This document shows, piece by piece, positions 1-13,349 of a DNA stretch of 64,000 bases (its first letter is position 1; the number at the start of each line of letters is the position of its first letter). Under the pieces are notes generated by a model, which was not told where the DNA came from, ran no database searches, and saw only the letters and a program-made list of their open reading frames with translations. The DNA lies in contig JAUFOQ010000004.1 of the NCBI GenBank assembly GCA_040285855.1, forward strand, positions 1,984,001-2,048,000. Reading direction: 5' to 3'. The translations under genes were made by a program, and so were the position numbers. Source of the stretch: Eukaryota sp. GEM-RC1. Taxonomy: Eukaryota.

Positions 1-605
1 TGAGAGTTACTAAAGGAGATGGTATTATTCCAAACAAGAGTAGAATTTCGGTAGCGAACTCCTGGTCAAAGTGACTAAAACAGAAAACAGGAAAATTGAG
101 AATCTAGTGGAGAACAACTCAAGTTTCAGATACTCAAAGAGACAAATCATAGAGATCTTGTTCAGAGATCGTACGTACGTAGAATTGAATATGTTAAGGA
201 AAGAACTCCTTTAAACCAATGGCATGACAGTAGTGGTATTTAAACTCTTACGAGACGATTGATCTTAAAGGAGAGAAACTACGAGAGGGGAACCAAAAAA
301 TAGGGTGTGGTTAAAAGATGATAACGCAGATGATTGGCGATAAACAAGGGTAAACTCACGTCTTAAGTTTAGCCTTTGTTTCTTTGCAGCTTAAAACAAG
401 CGACATTGCACCAACAATACTCTCTGTTCTTTACCCTTTCTAGATGTCTAAAAAGAAAACAGTGATCCCCGGTTGAGCTAGATTGTGTATATGGGAATGT
501 TGCAAAGAGAAGGTATCGAAGTTGGCTTATATATGGTACTATAACTGTTCGAAGAGGTATAGAAAGTGTCCGAAAGGAGACAAAATGAGGTTAGAGTTAT
601 CCAAA

Positions 606-2145
606 ATGAACTCTGAAGTCTGGATTCCATCAGATCATCTAGATTTTCTGCTTAAAATGTCCCACTATCTATGTGACATTTGTCATGAAATTCTCAAGAA
701 TCCAGTAACTACTTGGTGTGGCCACACCTTTTGCATGTCGCATTTACAGGAGTGGCTTGTTTCTCATGATGGATGTCCAATCTGCCGAGCTGAAGTGGAC
801 AAGTCAAGGCTGTGTCCTAACTACAAGTTGAAAGAAGCTTTTGAAGCCTCCATCACTGGTCAGGGGGGAATCTGTTTGTTTTGAGTGTGAAAAAGCTGCT
901 GCCACTTGTTATTGTGCAGAATGCGATGCCGATTTATGCGACCAATGTTTTAAGGATACTCATCGACCGAAGCTCTTCCGATCCCATGTTGCAATTCCCC
1001 TACAAAAGAAACACGTATCCATTGTGCTTAAATGTCCGATCCATACGACCAAATCCTTTAATCTCTTCTGTACTTCTTGTTCCGTTGCCCTTTGCTCAAC
1101 GTGTGCTATTGCAGACGACCATGACCAGCACAAAAAGAAGTTAATACCCTCTGATGAAGGTCGAGCCTCAGTTGAACAAAGTATCAACTCTATTAACCAG
1201 GAGTTGTTGGTAGCTGTAGAAACAGTCTCACAGTCAGCTCAAACTGCTCTTCAACAAGTAACAAATGACTTTGCCCAAATTAAAGAAAGGCTAACCTCTC
1301 TACTTGAAACAACCATGCTGGATTCTCCTGCCAATATGAATGACTTGAAATCAGAAAAACCAGTTATTTTCAAACCAAAGATCAGCCGAGACTTCATCAC
1401 CGCTTCCAAACAAATCCAAAAGCAATTAGCTGTAATCTCCTCTCTAAGTGACGAACTACTATTGGCTTTCCCTACAACTTCTGAACTTCTAGCTGCTCTT
1501 TCGGTGGATTCTAAGTATTACGTATCTTCCACTGAATCAGAAGGTGAAGAGAAGAAACTTTTTATTGATTGGATCAAACTTAACTCTGATTTGAAGAAGG
1601 TTTACGATCAGATGGTGAAGAATGAGGTTTCTAGCATCAATCTTTATAACAACTCAATTGGTTCTGAAGGCGGTATTGCAAATGCTGAAGCGTTAAAGGT
1701 AAATTCGTCTGTTTCTTCACTAGATTTACGAAACAACTCAATTGGTCCTGAAGGCGCTATTGCGATTGCTGAAGCTTTAATGGTGAATTTGTCTGTTTCT
1801 ATGATTTATCTAGATAACAACTCAATTGGTCCTGACGGCGCTATTGCAATGGCTGAAGCTTTAAAGGTGAATTCTTCTGTTTCTACGATCAGTCTAAATA
1901 ACAACTCAATTGGTAATGAAGTCGCTATTGCAATTGCTGAAGCTTTGGTGGAGAATTCGTCTGTTTCTACGATGGATCTTTACAGCAACTCAATTGGTAA
2001 TGAAGGGGCTATTGCAATTGCTGAAGCTTTGGTGGAGAATTCCACTGTTTCTACGATTTATCTACAGAACAACTCAATTGATATTCAAACACAACAGTCA
2101 TTAAAATCATTGCACAAGAGTAGAATCTATTTCGAGATCACATAA
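606..2145 (+). CDS. TRIM-like RING / B-box / B-box / coiled-coil protein with six C-terminal 28-aa RI/NLRC3-type LRRs; one +1 frameshift at G6 run 863-868
   Basis: RING CDICHEILKNPVTTWCGHTFC..CPICR from ATG 606. The other frame has B-boxes CFECEKAAATCYCAECDADLCDQCFKDTH and CPIH..LFCTSCSVALCSTCAIADDH, a helical region, then NSIGxEGAIAIAEALKVNSSV repeats. Removing one G from caggggggaa joins the frames (TGQ-GESVCFECE); the paralog at 19790 is in frame across this junction. Confidence 0.85.
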
Positions 2146-3025
2146 AGATCACATTCTTTTGTAATCATGAATCTTTTCTTTTGAACACATTATCAGTTTT
2201 AATGACGAACGAATTATACCCCAAAATTATTTGAACCAGTTCTATCAGTGTGATTCTAAATAAAAGTCCGTAGTGATTTATTAAAAACATCAGATCCATC
2301 AAAAATGATTGACTGTAGATCTTAAGTATTTACTGTTGATGCAAGTGACATTGAACAGTTCATTTGTTATTATTCTAAATAACACCCAGTATTAATTAGT
2401 ATGTGAAATAAATCAACTTGATACAAACTGTTACACCTTTTGGAATCACCATAAATTCCCATTATTTACGATATTTAAGTGTTTTTAAAGAACAAGCTAT
2501 TCAAAGATTCATTGTCAATAAATGGTGTGTTGAATATTTTCATTGATGTTTCATATGTATGTATTTTTATTTTTCCAACAAAACTGTTAGTTGTATACAA
2601 ATCACTGTCCAACCTGTTATGTTGAATGATGGGTTATTAATGGCGACTAATCAAATTAAAGTAAAATAACAGTTACACTCTTGGAAAATGTTGTTGTTGA
2701 GCAGTTGACGACAGAGTTGACATTTTAGTGCGAGTACGAATCCGGTCTGCGTATAATTCAAAATGTCAAATACTAGTTTGCTTAATGTAGTCCTACAATG
2801 TGTAAGTTGGTACATCAAATTCAGTGTTTTATTGTGCTTCCATGTTATTGCTGAAAAATATTAGTTCCAATTTGTTGAAATGTGAGTTCCATGTACGCTT
2901 TAAGTTTTAGTCAAATTATCGTTGAAGTTTCAACAGTAGATCCATGTGCTAAAACTTATCTTTATGGCTTAAATTCAATAACTTTCAATCAAGTAGAAAC
3001 ACTTTTTTGAAAAATCTTTTCTTTT

Positions 3026-3575
3026 TTATAAATGTAATAGATCAAACAACTGAAATTTGATATCATTAAAACAACACCCGTCGCTGTCAAACATTACAAC
3101 AGCTTTGTCCTCATAAAAGGAACTAACTGCCAATAAAGTTTTGGAGATGATTAGGGGAACTGTTTTAAAATCAGTAAAAACGAAGCGATTCAACCATAAC
3201 ATATGAACAAAACGGTTGTTCATTCTATTTTTAACGATTTTCCCGAAACTGGTTAACAAATTCAATGCACTTTTTCCTAAACGTCCATAAATTGGAAACA
3301 GGAAAAGGGCATTATTTGTATTCAACATGTTTCGCATGTTTTAAAGCCATCAATGGTTTCTTGTACTTATCGTACTTGGCTTGTTCAGAGATGTCTAAAG
3401 GAGAAGTTTCAGAATACGCATTCTTTAAAGAGTTCTTTTTACAAACATCCACTGACACTACATCAACAACAGACAATTTGTCTGCAGAAGAAAGGACAAC
3501 AACGTCTGCTTTTCGTTTACTAAAACATATTACATATATATTATACAACAAAGTATTTGGTCGAAATATTTTCAA
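3026..3575 (-). mobile_element. Degenerate non-LTR retrotransposon 3' end, restriction-like endonuclease (RLE) domain
   Basis: Frameshifted ORFs give KADVVV..VVDVVSVD..EQAKYDKY then P-IYGRLGKSALNLL. This matches the RxD..D..E..KxxKY..P..G.lG pattern of RLE domains. Confidence 0.55.
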
Positions 3576-4732
3576 TTCTGTTTAATTTTAAAAGAAGCCA
3601 AATTAGTATTTTTTCAGACACTTCATTGCTAGTTCAACTATTGTTTTCATTCAGCAAATCCCATTTCGTCAGGTATAAACATAGATGAAGACCCACACTG
3701 TTACATTAGTGTCAGTAACACAGCCAGCCTCGATCAGCTCGTCGAAAGTATCGTTAGTTGTTTTAAAAATGACTTCATCATTGAAAACTAATTAAGAATG
3801 TAAACAAAACAAACAGGTTGTTCCACATACACTTAAACTTGGTAATCAAACTTAGTAGCCATAGCTATGAATCGTTATGTGCCTGAGAGAAAAGAAGTGA
3901 CACTGCACTGGTTTCCCAATGTGACTACGGTCGTACCAGGCTACTTTCCTATAGATACTAGAACTTTGTGGAGTATCGTTAGGCAAAACAAAAAACCAAG
4001 GATCTGAAGTCAATGAACAATGAGACAGAGGTTTCCTGTCTAGTTCTGAAATTTGAGTAAACGGTCGAAACAGTCTCTGTAAGAGCTCCTAGCTTTACGA
4101 CTTCTTCCCTCCATTGTGCTCATAACAGATGGAACTAGGTCCATTGTTGATTCGTTTGATGCTTTTGCGTACTTCTCTTGCCAGGCTGAAAGGTAATAAA
4201 GCTGGCTGTGGTGTTTTTATGTCTTCGAACAAAACCTTCTAGCGTTTTGTTGTATTGTCTGGGGACGTAATAGCTTCTTGCAGTACAGTACATACAGAAA
4301 CATTTTGTTTTGGATTTGTAAGATTCAGCAATAGCTTTCTTACTACAAGTAGCTTATTCCTAGTTAAAAGGATCTTCATTTGTTTACAGTCACGATGAGG
4401 GACATGTTAGAGAAGTGATTGTAAAACAACAGATTATATTCCAAGGAACACGTTTTCAATACAGAGTAGCCTTTAATTTCATGAGGGTGATGGTTTTTAT
4501 ATACTTCCGGTAAGGAAGTGAGTTCCTGCTTGAATTGACAACATAAACGAATGCATGAAGGAAATGGAGATAAGTACTGTTTTTTTGCCAAGTGTCCAAG
4601 ATTAAACTAAATCCAGCATCTAACTTTTGTGAAAGCTTCAGTCGTTTAGTCCAAAAAAAGATAGAAGAATAGCGTATTTAAGAAGAGTCTTGGAACATAA
4701 TAGCTTCATTTTCGATTACTTTCAAGACCGGG

Positions 4733-5412
4733 CTAAATCGACAAAATTATAGGGTGACAATCTCCGAAGACATAGTAAGATTTCTGCTTTCCAACACCTT
4801 CATCTCCAATACAATTGTCATCCATATTAATATAGGTAACTACAGTATTTACTTTCAACAATTCCATCAATGAGGTAGACATAGAACGATGAACACGCAC
4901 ATGAAGTTGCTTAAGACGTGGAAAGTATTTAGAAGACTTCTTCAGATACTGTAAGTCATTATGATTCTCTAAGAATAATTCCAATACTGTAATTACGAGA
5001 AAATAACAGTGAAATTCTTCAACATTAAACGGCCCGTCTACGTGTAAGAAAATAGAACTAAGATCAGCTCCAAAGAAAGAAGGAAGTGAAAAAAGTTGTG
5101 CAAGATCTTGAGGTAATAAATGAAGCGTGTTTAATTGGAAAAACACCTTTACTGCTGACAAAGCAGATTCAAAGAAACAATAACTTACATAGCCAACTTT
5201 CTTAAAGAACGAGATCAATTCTGTGTTCAAACTATGGAAAGCACGACGAGGTTCATCATAATTCCATTCAAGAGCAGACTCTAAACGCTGATTCAGAAAG
5301 TGGAGATGAATCAAAACAAGCAAGGACTGTTGGAAATGCAAGGAGATAGAAGGAAAAGTAGAGGAGGAGGAGGACGATGTACTAGAGCTAGGTTTTGAGG
5401 AGGAGTTTTCAT
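4733..5412 (-). pseudogene. Degenerate gene of a second, divergent RI-like LRR family
   Basis: FPRLKQLHVRV..LMELLKVNTVVTYINMDDNCIGDEG is one RI-type repeat, then the frame breaks. The nearest upstream ATG (about 5412) is not in an open frame with it. Confidence 0.5.
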
Positions 5413-6622
5413 AACACTCAACAAGGTCAGCAACTGAGACATCACCATCTGATGAATGACTACTGTTCAGAGGAGGTTCAGAGAGGAATATGTAGTTTTG
5501 GTATGGACTTAACCAACATCTAATTTAGATGCGTTCCCTTTCATCTTCTATAACAAAGTTCATTGCTGTTCAGGATGTCTTTAAGTCGACGTCTTGCTCT
5601 TTCTTTCGATCGTTTAGTTCAAATGTAACAAACCCTCTCATTTGCAACCCACTTCCCCAACTTTTGTTCTTTTAATATCTACAGTAAGACACACGGATAA
5701 CGCTAGATATCTTCATTGTTCATTCTGCTTAAGGTTTCTTGTTTTGTGTCTGTAATCATTGAACTACCATGATTGATCTAAATCTCGAAAAAATCTATTC
5801 TACTACTTCTCTGATTAACTTTCTGAAGTCATTGAATCGTCTGTTGTTTTACGAATGTTCTTCTGCCATCCTATCAGTTGATAGTTCTGATGGACTCACG
5901 TGAACGCCAAGAAACCGACTGCGTCTGCAGTCCTCATGACGTGTTGGTGAACCACAATAGAAACCTGTTTGCTCGACGAGATTCATGAGAAGTCTCCTTG
6001 AGTTTTGACCTTCATCTATAAGAAAAACTAGTAACTTGCTATTGATCACTGTTTTATTTGTATGGTATTTTACCAAGATGTCGGTTGTAGTTGAATCTAA
6101 ACTAGTTGATCTCTATTAACTAATCACATGTCATGATATTAGGGCTATGGTTCCCAACACGCGATGCAGTAGCACGCTCTTTTCTTGTCAATACTGCCGT
6201 TGGATGACATGGCGTGATTACTGATTCGCGTTCGAACTAAGTGACTTGGAATGGAACTACGTATTTATTTCTTTTTTTTCTTGATTTCTAGAGAGTTTTG
6301 ATTGTCATTTGGCATTTGACCAGAAGTCTGTGTACACATGAATACAGACTATGTATTTCTCTTATCAAATGCTATGTTCTTCAGCTTTGTGGTGGAAGAA
6401 ATTTCCCCACTGAGAATTCCAACATTGGTTATCGATTCTTTTTATTAGTGATTAAGAATTTGTTTATAAGTCCTGCGGTAGATCTCTCCAATGTGTTGCA
6501 ACTACTGTATAAGATCGCTTGGGAAAATAACGCTGTATTATGATGCAACATAATCGAAGAGGCGGCCAAAAGGATCACATGATGATGCTGTGATTCATGG
6601 AGAGAGAGGGGAAAGTAATCGA

Positions 6623-7224
6623 TCATGGTGTTCTAGAGTTTTGACCTTGGTTAAGTCTCAGAGGAAGTTTATATAGTATATTGGTTGGAGAGAAATGAGT
6701 TGAAATAAGTTGGATGGAATTCATCACATCTCTTGAGATACAGACGTGGAAGTCGTCATGTGGAGCTAGAGTGTCTTCGAATGGGGAAGGAAGGGTGGCA
6801 GTAGTTTCTCCTTTGGCTGAGACTTCGGCAGTTAAAGTTGAGTGGGCACCTTCTAACTGTTCCTTCCATTCCGGGAGAGGTTTAGACTTAGCAAATTTCA
6901 AGGGAGCATATAGTTGGTTCTTCGTTCAGGGAGCAGGTTCGTGGTACGGTATATAAATAGCTTCTGAGGAGGGAGTTGTTGGTATCTTCTTTAGTGATGG
7001 CGTAGGCGGCAATGTCTTCAATCCAGGACAAGATATGGTCACCGTCTAGAGCTTTGAGGAGGGGTACATTGGTTTCTATTCCCTTTCGACCTAGGGTAAA
7101 GTTCAGTAAGGCGACGTTACGGTCGGAAACTCTAGCTTCTTGGGTTTCATCATGACGGTCTGAGTCGGAAGCGGACTTTAGCAATTGGAGAGACAAGGGA
7201 GCGGTGGCAACTTCTGGGCGGCAT
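6623..7224 (-). mobile_element. Possible gag-like remnant of an LTR retrotransposon
   Basis: Frameshifted ORFs. VPLLKALDGDHILSWIEDIAAY resembles PPILKSLGRRGVIHFLEHFELY inside the LTR element at 16519-17370. Confidence 0.3.
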
Positions 7225-8599
7225 TTCTAGTACAAATCTGAATGTGAGGAGGCGTGACAGCAGTCCTCCTCCATCCATAGTGACACTAATATGGTTCATT
7301 CAGGAGCCCCCTGCATTTTCTCGAACGGTTTGCTAAATTGAACGATGTCAATCAGACATCAGTCAGCAAGTAACAAATTAGGGCCACGTTCGGTTTTTTT
7401 GTACCAATGAAGCTTGTGGGATACTTTGTGTTTCATACAAACAAAAGAAAACAATGTCACAGCATCCCAATCACAGTCAACGCTAGAAACATCATAGTAT
7501 AGTCGTCATTTGTGTTGTAACGATAACCAAAACAACCATGGAAAGGAGGTATGGGGGAAACAGAAAGAGATCACTGGATTGAAACCACGTCAAAAAAAAG
7601 CTTTGGAATGTGGACGAACACTGGTAGAATCATTCTGTAAACATGGTAGGTAACGTTCCTGACCAGAATCAGTGTTGGTGGACTTACCCTATCTGGACTC
7701 TATAATAAAATCCAAATTTACTAAATAATATTGAATTTAATCTAGATTACAATCACATCACGCAATATTTATATTTATATATATGCAAATGGAAATAGAT
7801 TACTTAACCTCATAGTGGCAAGTAGTTCTCTTCGAAGAATAAAAAAAGGTACATCGAAGTTTAAGTAAAAAATAATCAGAATATGTGGTGCATTTACTCG
7901 GAGTATTAAAATATTGTCGAATTATTGTTTTAATTGGATCAAACTGTTCTTTGTCTAACATGATTTCGGGTGAATCCCTGGGAAGAGAGATGAAACTGTC
8001 ACCATTTGCATTAGAGAAATGCAAACGTCTTGAATGAATCGAATGACATGAGCTGGGAGATTGGAGTCATAGTTGGGAAATGCACTGTTTTGTATTTTGT
8101 GGATTATAGTGTCGTATTGTATTTTTGTGTATTATATTATCGGAGGTCGTGTATTTCCCAACCATGATTCAAGTCACGGAGGGACGAAATGAATCCTTTC
8201 TTCATCGAGATGGTGCCTGAAATAGACACGTTTCAAACAAAAATAAACACGTCGTTCAATTCTTCCAATGTCCTGTATGAATGAAAGATGACAAAATTGT
8301 GCTAGCATTCAAGGACAGCGGTTTTGTAAAGTTGATGCAAATTTAACTTCAGGTCTAGATATCTATCCAATGTTGCGTGTGAAGGACGTTTCGCCGTTTT
8401 TGACTCTTGATGGTCAAGATAAAAGGTCCTACATAAAAGAGCACCCAAAAACCAAGGGAAAAGGTGCTCTAGAATAGATTACGATGCTATATTAGGCAGG
8501 ATATAGTACTTATGAGTGGAAGAAACAGAATGAACATCAGAGCAACAGACGTATGACATTTTTCAAAGTGATTTTTGTTTCATAAACTGTAGTGTCTAT

Positions 8600-9611
8600 C
8601 AGGGCTGTCTAAAAATTGAACCGTAAATTAATTTTGCGATGAGACTAAACCATAAATTAATTGCCGTAACTAATCCAAACCGTAAATTAATTTCCGTAAT
8701 AAGATTTAGCCGTAAATTAATTTCCGAAGCAATTCAAAACCGTAAATTAATTTCCGTAATAATATTTAGTCGTAAATTATTTTTTGGAACAATTCAAAAC
8801 CGTAAATTAATTTCCGTAATAATATTTAGCCGTAAATTAATTTCCGTAACATTTCAAAACCGTAAATTAACTTCCGTAATTTATCAAAAAGCCATAAATG
8901 ACGTCCTGGAGGCGCATGAACACTGTAATTTCAATACCCAAATTTTCAATACACCTTACTATCAAACAATAATTATCTAGTCTACAGAGCTGGACAAAAT
9001 TGGAACTTGTGATTTGTGTTTCCATACTTTCCTTATACATATGCTCAAACACTGTAACGGGTTCTTCTATCTTGCAGCTATCCACACTTAAGTCTTGCAG
9101 GTTCTGATCGTCCATTCTCAGCATCATTTGCAATTACATTCGTGTGATGGTAATCACTTGAAACTTGATCTTTCTGCTTAGCACAACGGGTTTCATGTTA
9201 GAAACTTCAAACACAATGTCAGACGCATGTTTCACTCTCTCCTAAATTTATGACAAATCGACTTTCCACTGATCTCATAGATTGACAGACTTTCAGCTTT
9301 TACGACATTGCTTGTATTGTAAAACACATCCATTTCTGTTTCAAATAGACATTTGAGATTGATTTTGATGTGTATTGATTTTATTGGTAATACGTTCCGT
9401 AAATTAATTTCCGTAATAATCTAAAACCGTAAATTAATTTCCGTAATGTTGGAGTTCCGTAAATCAATTTCCGTAATAATCTAAAACCGTAAATCAATTT
9501 CCATAATGTAGGAGTTCCGTAAATTAATTTCCGTAATTCTCAATTTACGGTATTTTATGGAACCAAAATTAAATATTAATTTACGGGGAAATTAATTTTT
9601 AGGCAGCCCTG
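8600..9611. mobile_element. Non-autonomous hAT-type DNA transposon (1012 bp)
   Basis: TIRs CAGGGCTGTCTAAAAATT / AATTTTTAGGCAGCCCTG. 8-bp TSD GTGTCTAT / GTGTCTTT (7/8 match). Subterminal arrays of CCGTAAATTAATTTCCGTAA at both ends. Confidence 0.85.
8620..8900. repeat. Subterminal ~30-bp tandem repeat (CCGTAAATTAATTTCCGTAA core)
   Basis: About 9 copies here; the same motif recurs at 9396-9540. Confidence 0.85.
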
Positions 9612-9655
9612 GTGTCTTTACAGTAAAAGAATGGTTTTTATACAATGGAATCCAA

Positions 9656-10315
9656 TTAAAAAATGAATCTATTCTTATGTGATGATTGTAATGACTGTTG
9701 TGTTTGACTGTCAATTGAGTTGCCACGTACATCAATCTCAGAAATACATAAATTTACCTCTAAAGCTTCTGCAAATGCAATAGCTCCTTCGTTACCAATT
9801 GAGTTGTCACTTAGATAGATCTCAGAAACATAAGAATTCACCTTTAAAGCATCTGCAAATGCAATAGCACCTTCAGGACCAATTGAGTTGTTACGTATAT
9901 CGATCCTAGAAACTGAAGAATTCAGCTTCAAAGCTTCAGCAATTGCAATAGCGCCTTCAGAACCAATTGAGTTACCACATAGACCGACCGTCAAAACCGA
10001 AGAGTTCACCTTCAAGGCCTCTGCAATTGCTGCAGCGCCTTCAGGACCAATTGAGTTGTCACCCAAAACAATCGTAGAAACAGACGAGTTCTCCTTCAAA
10101 GCCTCTGCAATTGCTGTAGCGCCTTCAGCACCAATTGAGCTGTCACCCATATTGATCAGCGAGACCTCATTTTTGACCATCTGATCATAAACAGTCCGCA
10201 ACTCAGAGCTCAGCTTGCTCCAGTCAATACCAAGTTTCTTCTCTTCAACTTGCTCAAGAAGAGAGGCACTTTCCACAGATTTGATAGATGTAAGAGTTGA
10301 ATCATCTTGAGCCAT
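9656..10315 (-). CDS. RI/NLRC3-type LRR protein, six modules; divergent solo member of the array family
   Basis: ATG-started ORF with QVEEKKLGIDWSKLSSELRTVYDQMVKNEV, 28-aa repeats and an IDSQTQQSL..HKNR cap. Confidence 0.8.
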   Translation of the reverse strand: MAQDDSTLTSIKSVESASLLEQVEEKKLGIDWSKLSSELRTVYDQMVKNEVSLINMGDSSIGAEGATAIAEALKENSSVSTIVLGDNSIGPEGAAAIAEALKVNSSVLTVGLCGNSIGSEGAIAIAEALKLNSSVSRIDIRNNSIGPEGAIAFADALKVNSYVSEIYLSDNSIGNEGAIAFAEALEVNLCISEIDVRGNSIDSQTQQSLQSSHKNRFIF

Positions 10316-12628
10316 GATTCCTTCAGGTTCTCTACTACTATTAGACTCAAGTTAGCCATACGGATCCATGTCGTGAAGAATATGATCTCCTTGCTCTTCA
10401 AGTAGGGGTTGGTGTTCTTGTTCAGAGGTCATTCTATTAATATCATTTTTGATCGGAACGCTTTTCTTTATCCGCCTCTTCACACTGACTCAATGATCTC
10501 TGGTTCAGGGTGTTTTCATTCCCTCACTTTCGGTTAAGCTTTCACTCTTACACGCAAAAATCTAACATAGGATGGTTCTTTTAGATCAGAAGTTCCTGCC
10601 ACGGTTTCATCTGTTAGATTCCCCATTCCCTTGTATCCTATCTCCTTTACTAGTGATTCGGTCGCCAATATTACTGGTCATTGTCATCAACCTCGTTTTC
10701 TCCATTTGGAGACAGAACTGAACTTCTGCCTTTTGAAGAACTCTACAGAAGCGATCCATCGTCATTCCTCTTCAACACTTCCACAACCCCTCTTCTCCTT
10801 GGCTTTGACTTCTTTGTCCTTCACACAGCTTGATTGTCACTTTACACATGTCTTGACCTCATAGACTTTTACCATTACTCAAGTGAAGTGATGCTGTGCA
10901 CGTCTGGCTCTTACCCTATTAAAAGCAGCTTCCATGTGTCACATTTGATATCAGACAGTTGGGTCATCTGACATTTTCTAAAAAAAGATCAGGCGTCCCT
11001 TTTTCCAGGTGTCTTCCGATCCAAATGGAATGGGTGGTTGGCTTTGACCACAGTTGTTGTATTGATACACACTTTTTCAATGATGGTGCGATACTTTGAT
11101 GGTAGAAAATATTGAGCATTTTTGAAATAGGATTATTAGTAAAAACTTATTACAGAACCATCAAATATGGTTTGGAAAATTTCAAAAATACTGTCGAATA
11201 GAAAACTGTACTGTTAAATACATGAAAATTTGTCTATTTTGTTGTTAGGTAAGAACCGTATCAGAGTTGATATGGAAGAAATTTTACCAGTGTTGATGGG
11301 TACGGTGTCCACACCCCCATCAAATCTTTTTTTTGGAAGAACTCCTCTCCTTACAAGATATCTGCGATGGTAGTTCAAAAACGACAATAGCTGCTCTCTT
11401 ACTGTAATTTCTACACTTAGCTCAGCCCACGATACTTATATTGGACTTCCTTATTTGTCAAAAACATCGCTATCATTGTTTCACACACTTCGTTCTTGCT
11501 GTATCTTATCAATTCCCTCACTGATCACGTGTCTGAAGATGTAATCTATCATGAGTAAAACACTGTATTGAACCACTAAATGGGTCTCCCAAGTCCTCAG
11601 TCAAAAGCTCCAGAACTTCGCTTCCATTGACAACATGAGCTTCATTGTTAACGTCCTCTTCTTCTTCACTCATCCCAACATCTGATATGACAACTTCATT
11701 ATCATCTTCATGTTCAACTACATTTGCTTCTTGTGCTGATCTCTGATTATGTACAGTGTTAGATTGTTCAGCAATTTTCGAATTTGACGTTGTAAATACA
11801 AGCCGTTTTAAGAATGCGTGGCCTAAACGACTTATGTATGAATCGATCCAAAAACAGATCAGTTTCGTCCAGAAGAAGACATTGATGATACTTAAGCAAG
11901 AATTCTCTGCCGAACGAACTGTAACTGGGGAACACGAGCTCCATAGCGAACCCACCAAGTATAACCCTTAGGGCCATGTGCTGCTTTTTGGGCTATTTAC
12001 CATCCGAATACACCGCTTTTAAGCTTATAATTCTCAAGTTGTTCTTGAGCCTTCTCCACTTTTTTATCATCTACCATCAGTTTCTTGAAAATATTGGCAC
12101 ATACAGTGACAATTCGTTCATCATCATGGATCCAGATGTCAATGTACTGGGGATCCAGAGCTTAGGCTGCCAAATGAAGATTATTAATCAAAATGGAAGC
12201 CCTGTGGTTAACAATGGAAACTAATTGGTCACGTGACCAATTTCGGATAAGACCATATTCAAAGCAACGAATATGAATCAAAATGTTTTAAAAAATGGTT
12301 CCAGTTAAGTGGCTTACTTTAGATTTCTATTGAGAGTTCATCGTCATTTCATTTGTTTTTTTAATTAGAATTCTATTTTCTCGGAAGTCTGTACTAATAT
12401 TTCGCTACTATTCCGTCCTTTGTAGTTTCATTCTGTGGAAGAAGGAATTTCGTCTACTCGAAATTTCAACACTTGAAACCGAAGAATTTCTTACAAAACA
12501 ACTGTTGAGTATATTTTTGGTATTCAAAAACATATTATCTGTGATAGTTGATTGAACTCATAGTCGATCATCATTGAGGAATGGATTACTCAAAGAAATG
12601 AAGTGAAACATTAACCAGTATTGAGGAA

Positions 12629-13081
12629 TTAAGAGGGCCATTCCCTTCCAGAAATTTGTGTCAAATTGTTGGCATCGTGAGATCTCTGTGTATTATTTGG
12701 AGGAGTGCGGGACAAACCCATATGTTGGTCAACGCCTTTGTTTTCAACTTTTGTATAGTGTAAACTCCGAGAGTCAAAACCACACACATCCAGATATAGA
12801 AGAACTTTAAAGTTTTTACAAATATTTGAATCATGTGATGCTTGTAAAATCCTTTGCATTTTTGAACCATTCTTTCTCTTTAAATGCTTCATCCACCGAC
12901 TTTTAGGATGACCTATCTCAGAGGTTGAGATTCCGCAGTAATATTGGTCTTCAATTTGGCACACATAGACGTAACGCCTCTTTCCAATGATAGGAGGCAA
13001 CAAATCGGACCACAAATTAATCGCTAATTTTGTGTTTCTTTCCCTTATTGCATTTAAAAAGGGCATGCAGATTGAACCCAA
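12629..13081 (-). CDS. Possible GIY-YIG nuclease-like ORF, probably a transposon fragment
   Basis: YVYVCQIEDQYYCGISTSEIGHPKSRWMKH fits the GIY..YIG..R..H motif. No canonical ATG at the ORF start. Confidence 0.4.
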   Translation of the reverse strand: MGSICMPFLNAIRERNTKLAINLWSDLLPPIIGKRRYVYVCQIEDQYYCGISTSEIGHPKSRWMKHLKRKNGSKMQRILQASHDSNICKNFKVLLYLDVCGFDSRSLHYTKVENKGVDQHMGLSRTPPNNTQRSHDANNLTQISGREWPS

Positions 13082-13349
13082 TCATTGATTATTGTGTTGT
13101 GCTGTTCAACAAAAAGAAGTGACATAATTTCTTACCCTAAACCATTGACTTTAAATTTTCCGAAAGCCTAAAGAAGCTGAAACAATGAAATATGAATTTG
13201 AGGGAAAGATGTGGAGGAAGTTACTTCCACCACATGGAAAAAAAAGATGAACTATTAGTTTTGGACTGAAAAACACTCATAAAAGTGTGGGAAAAAACAC
13301 TATCATGTTTTTCACAATTCAATTCTTCCATACACAACTCACTTTCTAC

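Noticed and set aside
7380..7680. Possible small GTPase remnant on the minus strand (DSGQERY, IGTK)
   Set aside because: Motifs are scattered across frames and no P-loop was found; too weak to call.
8639..8980. 113-aa repetitive ORF (NRKLISV)
   Set aside because: Translation of the 30-bp transposon subterminal repeats.
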